A stretch of DNA of 21,573 nucleotides, taken from NCBI GenBank assembly GCA_031425655.1, contig JANPJS010000109.1, positions 1 to 21,573 of the forward strand, read 5' to 3'. The stretch's first letter is position 1, and every line of letters starts with the position of its first letter. A program made the position numbers and the translations under genes. The DNA is from Abditibacteriaceae bacterium (lineage in GTDB: Bacteria; Armatimonadota; Abditibacteriia; Abditibacteriales; Abditibacteriaceae). This document shows, piece after piece, positions 7,743 to 15,574 of this stretch. The notes under the pieces are model-generated. The model saw only the letters and a list, made by a program, of their open reading frames with translations. It was not told where the DNA came from and did no database searches.

Positions 7743-8786
7743 TCAAAAGTGCGTAAAAGCGGCGGGAAGCGTTTGGCGCACGCCGTTTTTCAGCAAAATG
7801 ACCGGCGCATCTTCTTCGCGCACGATGCAGCGCCCGACGCGCGTAACCGGCGTGCCGGTCGCGTTTTGCACGGCTGCGATAACTTCGGCGGCTTTGTTCG
7901 GCGCGATGCAAAGCAGTAACTCATAATCTTCACCGCCGGTCAGCGCAAAACTCAGCGCGTCACGATTTGCTGCTTCCGCAAACGCGCGACACGCTTGGGA
8001 AATCGGTAGTCGCTCGGTTTCGATTTCCAACGTAACATCCGATTGCCGCGCGATATGCGCCGCGTCACCGGCCAAGCCATCGGATAAATCGAGCGCGGCG
8101 CGAACGGCATTTTCGACTTTCAAGGCCGCCTGCATTTCGCGCAAGCGCGGCGTCGGAGTACGATGGCGCGACAGTAGAAAATCACGGTTGGAACGGCGAC
8201 CCCTCCTGCCCAAAGGGCGCCCGCCCTTAGCAAGGGGGCTTGGGGGTCGCAGTTCGAGTTCCGAGTTGAGCAGAATTTGTAGTCCGGCGGCAGAATCGCC
8301 CAATGTGCCGGTGACCAAAAGCACATCGCCGGGCGCGGCGCCCGAACGCAAAACCGGGCGGGGCGCGTTGCCGATGAGCGTCACGCTCAACATCAACGCG
8401 GGCGATTTCACGGTGTCGCCGCCCGCGATGGTGAGATTGAATTCTCCGGCGGCTTCCTCCATGCCTGCATAAAGTTCTTCGATGAATTCAACATCGAGAT
8501 TTGGCGGCAGAGCCAGCGAAATAAACGCCGCAACCGGCAAGCCGCCCATCGCCGCGATGTCGGACACGTTGACGGCAATCGCTTTCCAGCCGAGGGCGCG
8601 TGCCGTCGTCCAATCGAGGCGAAAATGCACGCCTTCGACCAGCGCATCGCAAGTGACAATGGGCGAATTGAGCGATTTAAGCAGCGCCGCATCGTCGCCG
8701 ATGCCGACGCGCACGCCGTCGCGCTGCGTTAGTTTTTCGTGCAAGCGCGCGATGAGGCCGAATTCGCCGAGAGAAGAGAGGTTCAT
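7743..8786 (-). CDS. thiL: Thiamine-monophosphate kinase with an in-frame ~22-aa palindromic insertion
   Basis: GEFGLI, GIGDDAA, DALVEGVHF, NVSDIAAMGG, GGDT, DLSDGL, GGEDYELL, FTHF end; start set at ATG 8786. Confidence 0.95.
   Translation of the reverse strand: MNLSSLGEFGLIARLHEKLTQRDGVRVGIGDDAALLKSLNSPIVTCDALVEGVHFRLDWTTARALGWKAIAVNVSDIAAMGGLPVAAFISLALPPNLDVEFIEELYAGMEEAAGEFNLTIAGGDTVKSPALMLSVTLIGNAPRPVLRSGAAPGDVLLVTGTLGDSAAGLQILLNSELELRPPSPLAKGGRPLGRRGRRSNRDFLLSRHRTPTPRLREMQAALKVENAVRAALDLSDGLAGDAAHIARQSDVTLEIETERLPISQACRAFAEAANRDALSFALTGGEDYELLLCIAPNKAAEVIAAVQNATGTPVTRVGRCIVREEDAPVILLKNGVRQTLPAAFTHF
8190..8255. repeat. Intragenic palindromic element (CCCCCTT-AAGGGGG family) in frame within thiL
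   Basis: 13-bp outer IR with 1 mismatch plus inner hairpins; minus strand acccccaagcccccttgctaaggg closely matches intergenic 21472ff acccccaacccccttggtaaggg. Confidence 0.8.
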
Positions 8787-8792
8787 ATTTTC

Positions 8793-8884
8793 AACACAAA
8801 GGACACCAAGAATTTCACAAAGAAACACAAAGTATTTGAATGATTTTTGTGTTTCTTTGTGAAATCCTTAGTGTCCTTTGTGTT
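8793..8884. repeat. Palindromic element, CACAAAG family, between thiE and thiL
   Basis: 39-bp IR with 2 mismatches (8793-8831 / 8846-8884), 14-nt loop; arms built from CACAAAG-type units. Confidence 0.9.
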
Positions 8885-8897
8885 TATACATCTGTGT

Positions 8898-9563
8898 TTA
8901 CAAATCGAATTTCGCTACCAAATCGCGCGCGGCTTGCTCCATCGCGGCTTCGTTTCCGGCATTTGTGACAGCGGAAATTACGCAGGCCATCGCAGCGCCG
9001 GCTTCGCGCGTGGCGGCGATATTTTCGAGCGATACACCGCCGATGGCCGCGACGGGCAGCGGCGTGGCTTGAACAATGGCGCGCAGCGTTTCGAGGCCGA
9101 TGGCGCTGCCGGCATCGAGCTTGGTTTGCGTGCCAAAAATCGCGCCCGCGCCGATATAATCGGCTCCGGCACGCCATGCGACGACGGCTTCTGCGGGCGA
9201 ATTACACGAAGCGCCGATCATTTTATGCGGGCCTAAAATATGCCGCGCAAGGGCGACGGGCAAATCGTCGGGGCCGAGATGCACGCCGTCGGCGCCGACG
9301 GCTAAAGCGAGATCGGCGCGGTCGTTCATCATAAAAAGCGCGTTCGCGGCGCGTGTCAGGCGGCGAATTTCGCGGGCAATCGGCAAAAGCTGCGAAAGCG
9401 GCGTGCTTTTATCGCGCAGTTGAATGATGCGGGCGCCGCCCTTTAGTGCGGCTCGCGCGATGGCGAGATGTCCGCCACCAAGCGCGGCGTCGGTGATAAC
9501 ATACAATCCGCGCAAACGTGCGCGCGGCAAGAATTCTGGTAAAGCGGAAACTGCCTGCTTCAT
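8898..9563 (-). CDS. thiE: Thiamine-phosphate synthase
   Basis: LYVITD, IQLRDK, MNDRADLA, GVHLGPDD, GADYIG, TQTK, VAAIGG, VISAV; start set at ATG 9563. Confidence 0.95.
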   Translation of the reverse strand: MKQAVSALPEFLPRARLRGLYVITDAALGGGHLAIARAALKGGARIIQLRDKSTPLSQLLPIAREIRRLTRAANALFMMNDRADLALAVGADGVHLGPDDLPVALARHILGPHKMIGASCNSPAEAVVAWRAGADYIGAGAIFGTQTKLDAGSAIGLETLRAIVQATPLPVAAIGGVSLENIAATREAGAAMACVISAVTNAGNEAAMEQAARDLVAKFDL

Positions 9564-9571
9564 GGCCCGCA

Positions 9572-9600
9572 AGTATGCGGCGAATTTTGGCATTTCACAA
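9572..9600 (-). promoter_or_regulatory. Putative sigma70 promoter for a leaderless thiE transcript
   Basis: Minus strand: TTGTGA, 17 bp, CATACT, 8 nt, ATG; no SD present. Confidence 0.45.
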
Positions 9601-9610
9601 TCGGAAGACG

Positions 9611-10864
9611 ATGACCACACACTTTTTCAACGCCAACGGTTGGCGCCACGAGCCGGATCAATTGACTTCCGACAGCACGCGCCGGGTTTTGGCGTGGCTG
9701 CGGCGTCTGCACGAAAGCGACGGCGACGAAACCGAAGACGTGGCGGCACGCATCGGCCTCGGTCTGCGCGAACTCAGCGAAGCGCATACGGTGGCGGTTT
9801 TCGCACGCGAGTTGCCGGGCGAGGCGCTGCGGCTTTTGGCCGTTTCGCAGGCCGAGATGGCGCCCGCTTTAGACGAAGGCTTCGAGGAAGAATCCGCAGA
9901 AGCTCTCGATGAAAATTTCAATTTGGCCGCGTTCGCCAGAGCGCGCTTTGCGGGCACGCATTTGTGGGATTCGCTGCCCGCGAACGCTTTCTGGGTGGCG
10001 CGGGCGCCGGCGCATTTGCAAGTGTTCGTCGGCGAAATCTGCGACTGGGTCAACACCTTCGCGCTGACCGACAAAGCCGGCGATGCGCTTTCGCCCTCTG
10101 CGATTGAAGAAGACACGCTCTTGCCGTCGTTGGGCGTGCCTTTGCGTGCTCACGGCGACAACGCGATTGTCGGGTTGGCATTGCTGTGGATTTTCACCGA
10201 AGATGGCTTCCTGCCCACGAGTTTTGAACCTTTGTTGGACGCCGCCGCCGCGCACGCCGCCGATGCTTTGGGCAGCGCGCTTCGCCTTGAACGGTTGGGC
10301 CATGCTTATCGCCAGATGGCCGAAATGGTCGCCAAAGCCGCCGATGCGCGCCAGCCGCAGCGCAGCGGGCACGCCGAATCCGTGAGCTATTACGCCGGGC
10401 TAATCGCGCAGGAAATGGGCTTGCCGCCAGCCGAATGCGAGCGCTTGGAATTCGCCGGTTTGCTGCACAACGTCGGCACGGCGAGCGTGCCCGACGCCAT
10501 TTTGCACAAGCAAAGCAGCCTCACGGCGGAAGAACTCGAAGTCGTGCGCGGCGCGGCCATCGCCGGCGCCGATTGGCTGAGCGAAGTGGACGGATTGGAA
10601 TCGGTGGCGCTGATGGTGCGCCATCAAAACGAGCGCTGGGACGGCGCTGGCCTGCCCGACGGCTTGCCGGGCGAGGCGATTCCGCTTGGCGCGCGGGTTT
10701 TGGCGGTCGCGCTGCGCTTTGCGTCCATGACGCAGGCACGGGCCGACCGTGGCCCGCGCCCCGTGGTTGGCGGCGCACTCGACGCTGTTGCTGCCGAAGC
10801 TGGAAGCGCGCTTGACCCGCAAGTAGTGCGCGCTTTTCTGAACGCTCTTGGCCGCAGTTTGTAA
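9611..10864 (+). CDS. GAF-like plus degenerate HD-GYP domain protein
   Basis: HD-GYP scaffold (GLLHNVG, VPDAILHK, LTAEE, ERWDGAGLPDGL.GEAIPLGAR, LDPQVV) with metal ligands substituted; start set at ATG 9611. Confidence 0.88.
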   Translation: MTTHFFNANGWRHEPDQLTSDSTRRVLAWLRRLHESDGDETEDVAARIGLGLRELSEAHTVAVFARELPGEALRLLAVSQAEMAPALDEGFEEESAEALDENFNLAAFARARFAGTHLWDSLPANAFWVARAPAHLQVFVGEICDWVNTFALTDKAGDALSPSAIEEDTLLPSLGVPLRAHGDNAIVGLALLWIFTEDGFLPTSFEPLLDAAAAHAADALGSALRLERLGHAYRQMAEMVAKAADARQPQRSGHAESVSYYAGLIAQEMGLPPAECERLEFAGLLHNVGTASVPDAILHKQSSLTAEELEVVRGAAIAGADWLSEVDGLESVALMVRHQNERWDGAGLPDGLPGEAIPLGARVLAVALRFASMTQARADRGPRPVVGGALDAVAAEAGSALDPQVVRAFLNALGRSL

Positions 10865-10892
10865 TCGCTTTGCCGCTTCCAATAAGCAGCGG

Positions 10893-11087
10893 TTGTAGGG
10901 ACATTCAGTTCTATCTTGGCGGAGCCTGCCCCCCGATTAAAATCGGGGTCTACCGCTACAAAGCCGACCTTCGTCGGCTGAACCAAACAAGCGGGGAGAG
11001 TCCGCGAAGGCGGACTTCGTAACCATAGACCCCGATTTTAATCGGGGCCGTATCGCTGCACAAGAACTGAATGTCCCTGCCCTACAA
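10893..11087. mobile_element. Nested REP/REPIN- or MITE-like non-autonomous element
   Basis: 16-bp perfect outer IR (10897-10912/11063-11078) inside ttgtagg..cctacaa; 22-bp perfect inner IR of GTAG-type REPs (10931-10952/11026-11047); two further internal hairpins. Confidence 0.8.
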
Positions 11088-11153
11088 GAGACACGCTCTA
11101 AGGCGATTTTACGCTTGCTGTGCTAACCTAAAACCGCGCTGCTTCGCCAAACC

Positions 11154-12365
11154 ATGCAAAGCTCACTGATCCGCATTTTACCGGCCTGCCTGACCGATTC
11201 GTTGCCCGCGACCTGGGATCAATCGCCTCCCGGCTTCGTGCTCGAAGTCATGCCCGAAGTCGAGCAGGCCGAAGCCGTGATTTTATCGCTGCAAACCACC
11301 GAACCCGACTTGCTGCTGCTCGACGGCGATTTCCCCGACTTAGACGCCTTTACGCTCACCGAAGCCGCTCTGATGGCGCGTCCCGGCTTGGCCGTTGTGA
11401 TTTTGTCGCACGACAGCTCGCCGGATCGTTTGCGCCGGGCCATGCTGGCCGGGGTCGAAGAATATCTGATTAAGCCGCTCGATGCGAATTCGATGCGCGA
11501 CAGCATCGTCGCCATCGCCTCGCACCGCACGTTGCGCATGGTGCAGGAGCGCGTGGAAGTGGCGGCTTCCAAGACTGCTGCCGAAGGGGTTGTCGTGGGC
11601 ATCGTGTCCGGCAAAGGCGGCATGGGCAAGACCACGCTCGCCACGAATTTAGCGGCTATCGTGGCCAAAACACCGGGCAAAACCGCCGCGCTGATCGGCT
11701 TGGAATCGGGCGATGCCGCCGTGATGCTGTCGCTGCAACCGCGTTCCGGCTTGCTCGACATGGCCGGCGCCACGAATGACGATCAAGCTTATTCCGCCGA
11801 TTGGCTCAACCATTTCAACACCAAGCATCGCACCGGCATCAATTATTGGACGTGGCAGGGCAGCGCATCGCAGTCGCCCGACGCAATGCCCGACGATTTC
11901 ATTCCCAATGTCTTGGACGGCTTCCGGCGTAACCATTCGGTGACCATTGTGGACTTCCCCCTGCTTTCGCCCGACGAAGCCATTGTTACGCTGCCGCTCT
12001 TGGATATCATTATTTTGGTGACTTCAACATCCGATTTACTGGCGCTCAAAGCCACCAAGTCGTTTCTCGATTTAGTGCCCGAAGAAATCGCGCAGCGCGT
12101 GCGTTTGGTCATCAATCGCGCCGACGCCACCGACATGATCAGCCGCGACGATTTTGAAAAAACCCTGAACGCCAAAGTTCTGGCTTCCCTGCCGAATCAG
12201 CCGCAAATCACATCCGAAGCGATTAATATGGGCGCGCCTTTCGTGCTTTCTCAGCCGCAAAGTGAACTGACGACTTCGCTGCGCGCGGTCGCACAGCGTT
12301 TATTTAAGCTGCCCGCCGAAGTGCCAAACGAGCGTCCCAAACGGCGATTCGGCCTTTTTTCCTGA
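11154..12365 (+). CDS. cpaE: Tad pilus CpaE/TadZ-like protein (receiver domain plus MinD/ParA-type ATPase)
   Basis: REC features (LLLLD, AMLAGVEEYLIKP), GKGGMGKTT, IVDFP, LVINR, AINMGAP, C-terminal KRRFGLFS; adjacent to cpaC/cpaB. Confidence 0.8.
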   Translation: MQSSLIRILPACLTDSLPATWDQSPPGFVLEVMPEVEQAEAVILSLQTTEPDLLLLDGDFPDLDAFTLTEAALMARPGLAVVILSHDSSPDRLRRAMLAGVEEYLIKPLDANSMRDSIVAIASHRTLRMVQERVEVAASKTAAEGVVVGIVSGKGGMGKTTLATNLAAIVAKTPGKTAALIGLESGDAAVMLSLQPRSGLLDMAGATNDDQAYSADWLNHFNTKHRTGINYWTWQGSASQSPDAMPDDFIPNVLDGFRRNHSVTIVDFPLLSPDEAIVTLPLLDIIILVTSTSDLLALKATKSFLDLVPEEIAQRVRLVINRADATDMISRDDFEKTLNAKVLASLPNQPQITSEAINMGAPFVLSQPQSELTTSLRAVAQRLFKLPAEVPNERPKRRFGLFS

Positions 12366-12429
12366 ATATCGAAGAATTTCCAAATCTGCGGGCCGCGAAT
12401 CGTTAAAGTGACGGCCAGTTGTGGTAGAT

Positions 12430-12458
12430 TTGGCATAATCCGGTGAATGGTTTACAAT
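12430..12458 (+). promoter_or_regulatory. Putative sigma70 promoter for cpaC-cpaB
   Basis: TTGGCA (12430-12435), 17 bp, TACAAT (12453-12458). Confidence 0.65.
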
Positions 12459-12463
12459 TTCTA

Positions 12464-12587
12464 CGATTAATGAACGCTTCCGCGATGGGCAGAGAGCATC
12501 GAATCGGTGCCACCGTTGCGGAGGGAGAATCATCAGTCGAGCGCCAGCGATTGGCCAACCGCAGCAATTTTAACCATCGTCGCCGGC
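12464..12587 (+). ncRNA. Candidate structured 5' leader RNA of cpaC (family not recognised)
   Basis: Three stacked helices with G-U pairs beginning at the predicted TSS, then a second stem 12543-12550/12580-12587. Confidence 0.35.
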
Positions 12588-12628
12588 TATCCGAACGTGC
12601 CTTAGAAGTCTGCTTTTAAGGAGAGACT

Positions 12629-15532
12629 ATGATTATGCCGACCCCTCCCCGACACCGCCGCGCCGTGTCAAATGCGCTCCCGAAAGTGGCGCCGCTTCCT
12701 TCCTTTGATAGAGCCGAGGCACGCCGAAAATCGGTGCGCGCCGAACAGTTAGCGGCCCTCTGCCTGTGGCTCGCATTGTGCGCTCCGGTTTTGGAATCCC
12801 CAGCGTTCGCGTCATCGCCGGCCCAGGCCAAACTGCCCGGCGCCAGCACGCACCGAACCGCCACGCCTAAAGCGCACGGCTTCGATGCGCCGGACAAGGC
12901 CAGTCTCGCGCCGCGCTCAATGGTTCCGCATCAGCTTCAGCGCGCGCCCCAAGCGCAAAAAGCCGCGCTGACGCGCGACAACGCTTCGCACGCAGTGCGC
13001 GGCGCTCTGGAACCGCGAATGCTGCGCGCCAAAGCCAACGACGGCGCCGACAATCCGCGTCCCATACGCGCCATGTTCCCGCTCTTCGCCTTGACTCAAA
13101 TCGCAGCGCCTAAAGAAATCGCAGCGGTTAAAGAAATCGCTCCTGCGAAAATCGAACTGAGCGCGACGACGGCGGCCTCTATTACGCGGCACAGCAGCTT
13201 CGACTTGTCGTTGGGCGCGCAGCCGGTCGAGCCGCGCTCGGACACGGCGATTGGCGCTTTGCCCTTCGTGTGGAAAGCCGGGCGCGCCGCGCTGCCCGTC
13301 ACGCTGTTGGCGTCCGGCGATGCGAAAAACCCGGCTGCACCGGCGCAAACCGATGTGCCGGGCGTCGGCAAAATGGGCCTCGTGATAAATGTCGCCGCGC
13401 TCAAACTGCCGCCGGCCTCGCGGCCTTTGCCGCCGAGCCTGCAATCGAAAGCCGTATCCGCCGACACGCGCTACATTTCTTCAATGCCACGTTTGGCGCA
13501 AGCCGGCACAGCCGCGAATTCTGCGCCGACCACGCCGGGCGCCACCAATGAAATCGCCGTCACGGTCAGCACCTTCGTGGTGCTTATCGCGCCCGACGAT
13601 TTGCAAACCGTCGCCGTGGCCGACCCGAATATCGCCGACGTGGTGGTCATCAATTCGCGCGCGGTTTTGGTCAACGGCAAAACGCCGGGCGCAACCAGTC
13701 TGGTGATCGTAGACAAGAAAATTCGCCAGTATCACGTTCGCGTGGTGCCGGCGTCGGGCGAATCCATCGCCGACGTAACAACCGCGGTTGCCAACGCTAT
13801 TAATCTGCCGAACGTGCAAGTGCGCGCGGTGCGCGGCGCGATTGTTTTGGACGGCGTGGTTTCCAACGCCGACGAAAAGAAAATGGCGCTGGAAATCGCT
13901 GGCCTGTATGCGCCTAAAGTTGTGGATTTATTGCAACTGCGCACGCCGGAGCCGCCCAACACCGATCCTCTGCCCATTCAAATCAAGAACGCGATTCGCA
14001 ACGACGCCGTGCAGGTGCGCGTTTTGGGCGACACGGTTCTGCTCGAAGGCATGGTTGCCAACACCGCCGAGCAAGAAGCCGCCGCTGCCGTCGCTGCGGC
14101 CCTGGCCAAAGATTTAAAAGTCGTCAATCTGCTGCGCCTGCCGGCCCCGCCCAACGCTCCGGCTGCCACGGTCCTGACTCTCGAAGACGTAAATCAGACC
14201 TTGAAGCCGTTGCAAAGCGCACCGGCTCCCACCGAAAATGGCGGCTTGTTTCCCGTCGCTCCGGCAGCCGTAACGCGCATTATCGCGCGTCAAGTGCGCG
14301 ATCAAATTATTCTCGAAGGCGTTGCGGCTTCGGCGGCGGACATCACGCAGGCAGCGGCCATCGCGGCGCGCACCGGGCTTAATGTGGTGAACCGCGTCGA
14401 ATTGGTGCAAGCGGCTGCGGCATTGCCCGCCGAGTTGCAAACCCTCAATTCCATCGCCATGACGATCAATCGCGCCATTCCCGGCGCGAGCGTTATGGTT
14501 GGCGGCGGCAAAGACCGTTTGGTGCTGACCGGCAGCGTGCCCAGCACCCGCGCGGCAGTTTTAGCCGAGCAAATCGCGCGCGGCACCAGCAAAGTTGTGG
14601 ATAACCTGCTTACTACGCCGCGCCCGGAGCAAATTGATGTTGATATTACCGTTTTGGAAATCAACCGCAGCAATCTCAAGAATCTGGGCATAACTCTGCC
14701 CGGCCTGCTCGATAGCACAACCGCAAACCCAACCGGCTTCGTAATCGGTCAAGGTTCACGTCCGTCCGGCCCGGTCGGAGGAGGCACAGTCAGCACGCCC
14801 GGCCTCATCAATGAGCTTGTCGGTGACCGCGCGTTTCAGTTCCTTTCGCCCTTCCAGGCATCGTTGCGCGCCGAAGAAACCAAAGGAAACGTGCGCTTGC
14901 TCTCAAATCCGCGCACGACCGTGCTTTCCGGGCGCACCGCGACCTTCAAAGTCGGCGGAGAAGTGCCGATTCCCGGCGTGACGACATTGTCCGGCAACGG
15001 CAACGCAACGACTTCGATTGTCTTCAAACCATTCGGTATTCTCATTGACGTGACGCCGATTTCCAGCGACGACGGTGTGGTTACGCTTCAAGTGCGCGCC
15101 GAAGTGTCACAGCCCGATTTCAGCATCGGCGTAGTGCCTCCCGGCGGCGGCGGCATCATCCCCGGCTTCTCGCAGCGTCAGGCGCAAACCGAAGTTACTA
15201 TCGAACCCGGCGGCACACTGGCTTTAGCCGGCCTGATCCAGAACAACTCGCGCGAGTTAGTGCGTAAAATTCCCTTGCTCAGCAAGATTCCGGTTTTCGG
15301 CGCGCTCTTTACCAGTAAGCGTTATCAGAAGGACGAAACCGAGTTGATGATCTTCATCACGCCGAAGGTGCAGGCCAACAAGCTCAAACCCGGCACACAG
15401 GCTCCGGCAAGTGCGGCCAGCAAGGGAGAAACCTTCGCCGTGAAGGTGCCGATGGGCGTCAGCGGCATCACAGCCTTCACCAACGAGAACCCCTTCGCAG
15501 TCGGCACCACAGCCGGCGGTGGCGGGCAATAA
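12629..15532 (+). CDS. cpaC: Tad pilus secretin CpaC/RcpA with long N-terminal extension and four BON-like repeats
   Basis: SD AAGGAG; pilus-N domain (VAVADPNIADV, NGKTPGATSLVI); four VL.G.V...V.N.L repeats; secretin motifs LLSNP, FKVGGEVPIP, FKPFGI, LAGLIQ, IPVFGALF, ETELMIFITP. Confidence 0.9.
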   Translation: MIMPTPPRHRRAVSNALPKVAPLPSFDRAEARRKSVRAEQLAALCLWLALCAPVLESPAFASSPAQAKLPGASTHRTATPKAHGFDAPDKASLAPRSMVPHQLQRAPQAQKAALTRDNASHAVRGALEPRMLRAKANDGADNPRPIRAMFPLFALTQIAAPKEIAAVKEIAPAKIELSATTAASITRHSSFDLSLGAQPVEPRSDTAIGALPFVWKAGRAALPVTLLASGDAKNPAAPAQTDVPGVGKMGLVINVAALKLPPASRPLPPSLQSKAVSADTRYISSMPRLAQAGTAANSAPTTPGATNEIAVTVSTFVVLIAPDDLQTVAVADPNIADVVVINSRAVLVNGKTPGATSLVIVDKKIRQYHVRVVPASGESIADVTTAVANAINLPNVQVRAVRGAIVLDGVVSNADEKKMALEIAGLYAPKVVDLLQLRTPEPPNTDPLPIQIKNAIRNDAVQVRVLGDTVLLEGMVANTAEQEAAAAVAAALAKDLKVVNLLRLPAPPNAPAATVLTLEDVNQTLKPLQSAPAPTENGGLFPVAPAAVTRIIARQVRDQIILEGVAASAADITQAAAIAARTGLNVVNRVELVQAAAALPAELQTLNSIAMTINRAIPGASVMVGGGKDRLVLTGSVPSTRAAVLAEQIARGTSKVVDNLLTTPRPEQIDVDITVLEINRSNLKNLGITLPGLLDSTTANPTGFVIGQGSRPSGPVGGGTVSTPGLINELVGDRAFQFLSPFQASLRAEETKGNVRLLSNPRTTVLSGRTATFKVGGEVPIPGVTTLSGNGNATTSIVFKPFGILIDVTPISSDDGVVTLQVRAEVSQPDFSIGVVPPGGGGIIPGFSQRQAQTEVTIEPGGTLALAGLIQNNSRELVRKIPLLSKIPVFGALFTSKRYQKDETELMIFITPKVQANKLKPGTQAPASAASKGETFAVKVPMGVSGITAFTNENPFAVGTTAGGGGQ

Positions 15533-15574
15533 TCCCGATAGGCGAACCGGCGCAGCCGCCGGAAGGAGAAACCT

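Noticed and set aside
9564..9700. TPP riboswitch upstream of thiE
   Set aside because: No CTGAGA or ACCTG consensus, and the intergenic gap is only 47 bp.
12380..12433. Imperfect stem-loop after cpaE overlapping the cpaC -35 box
   Set aside because: No U-tract and a large irregular interior; too weak to call a terminator.
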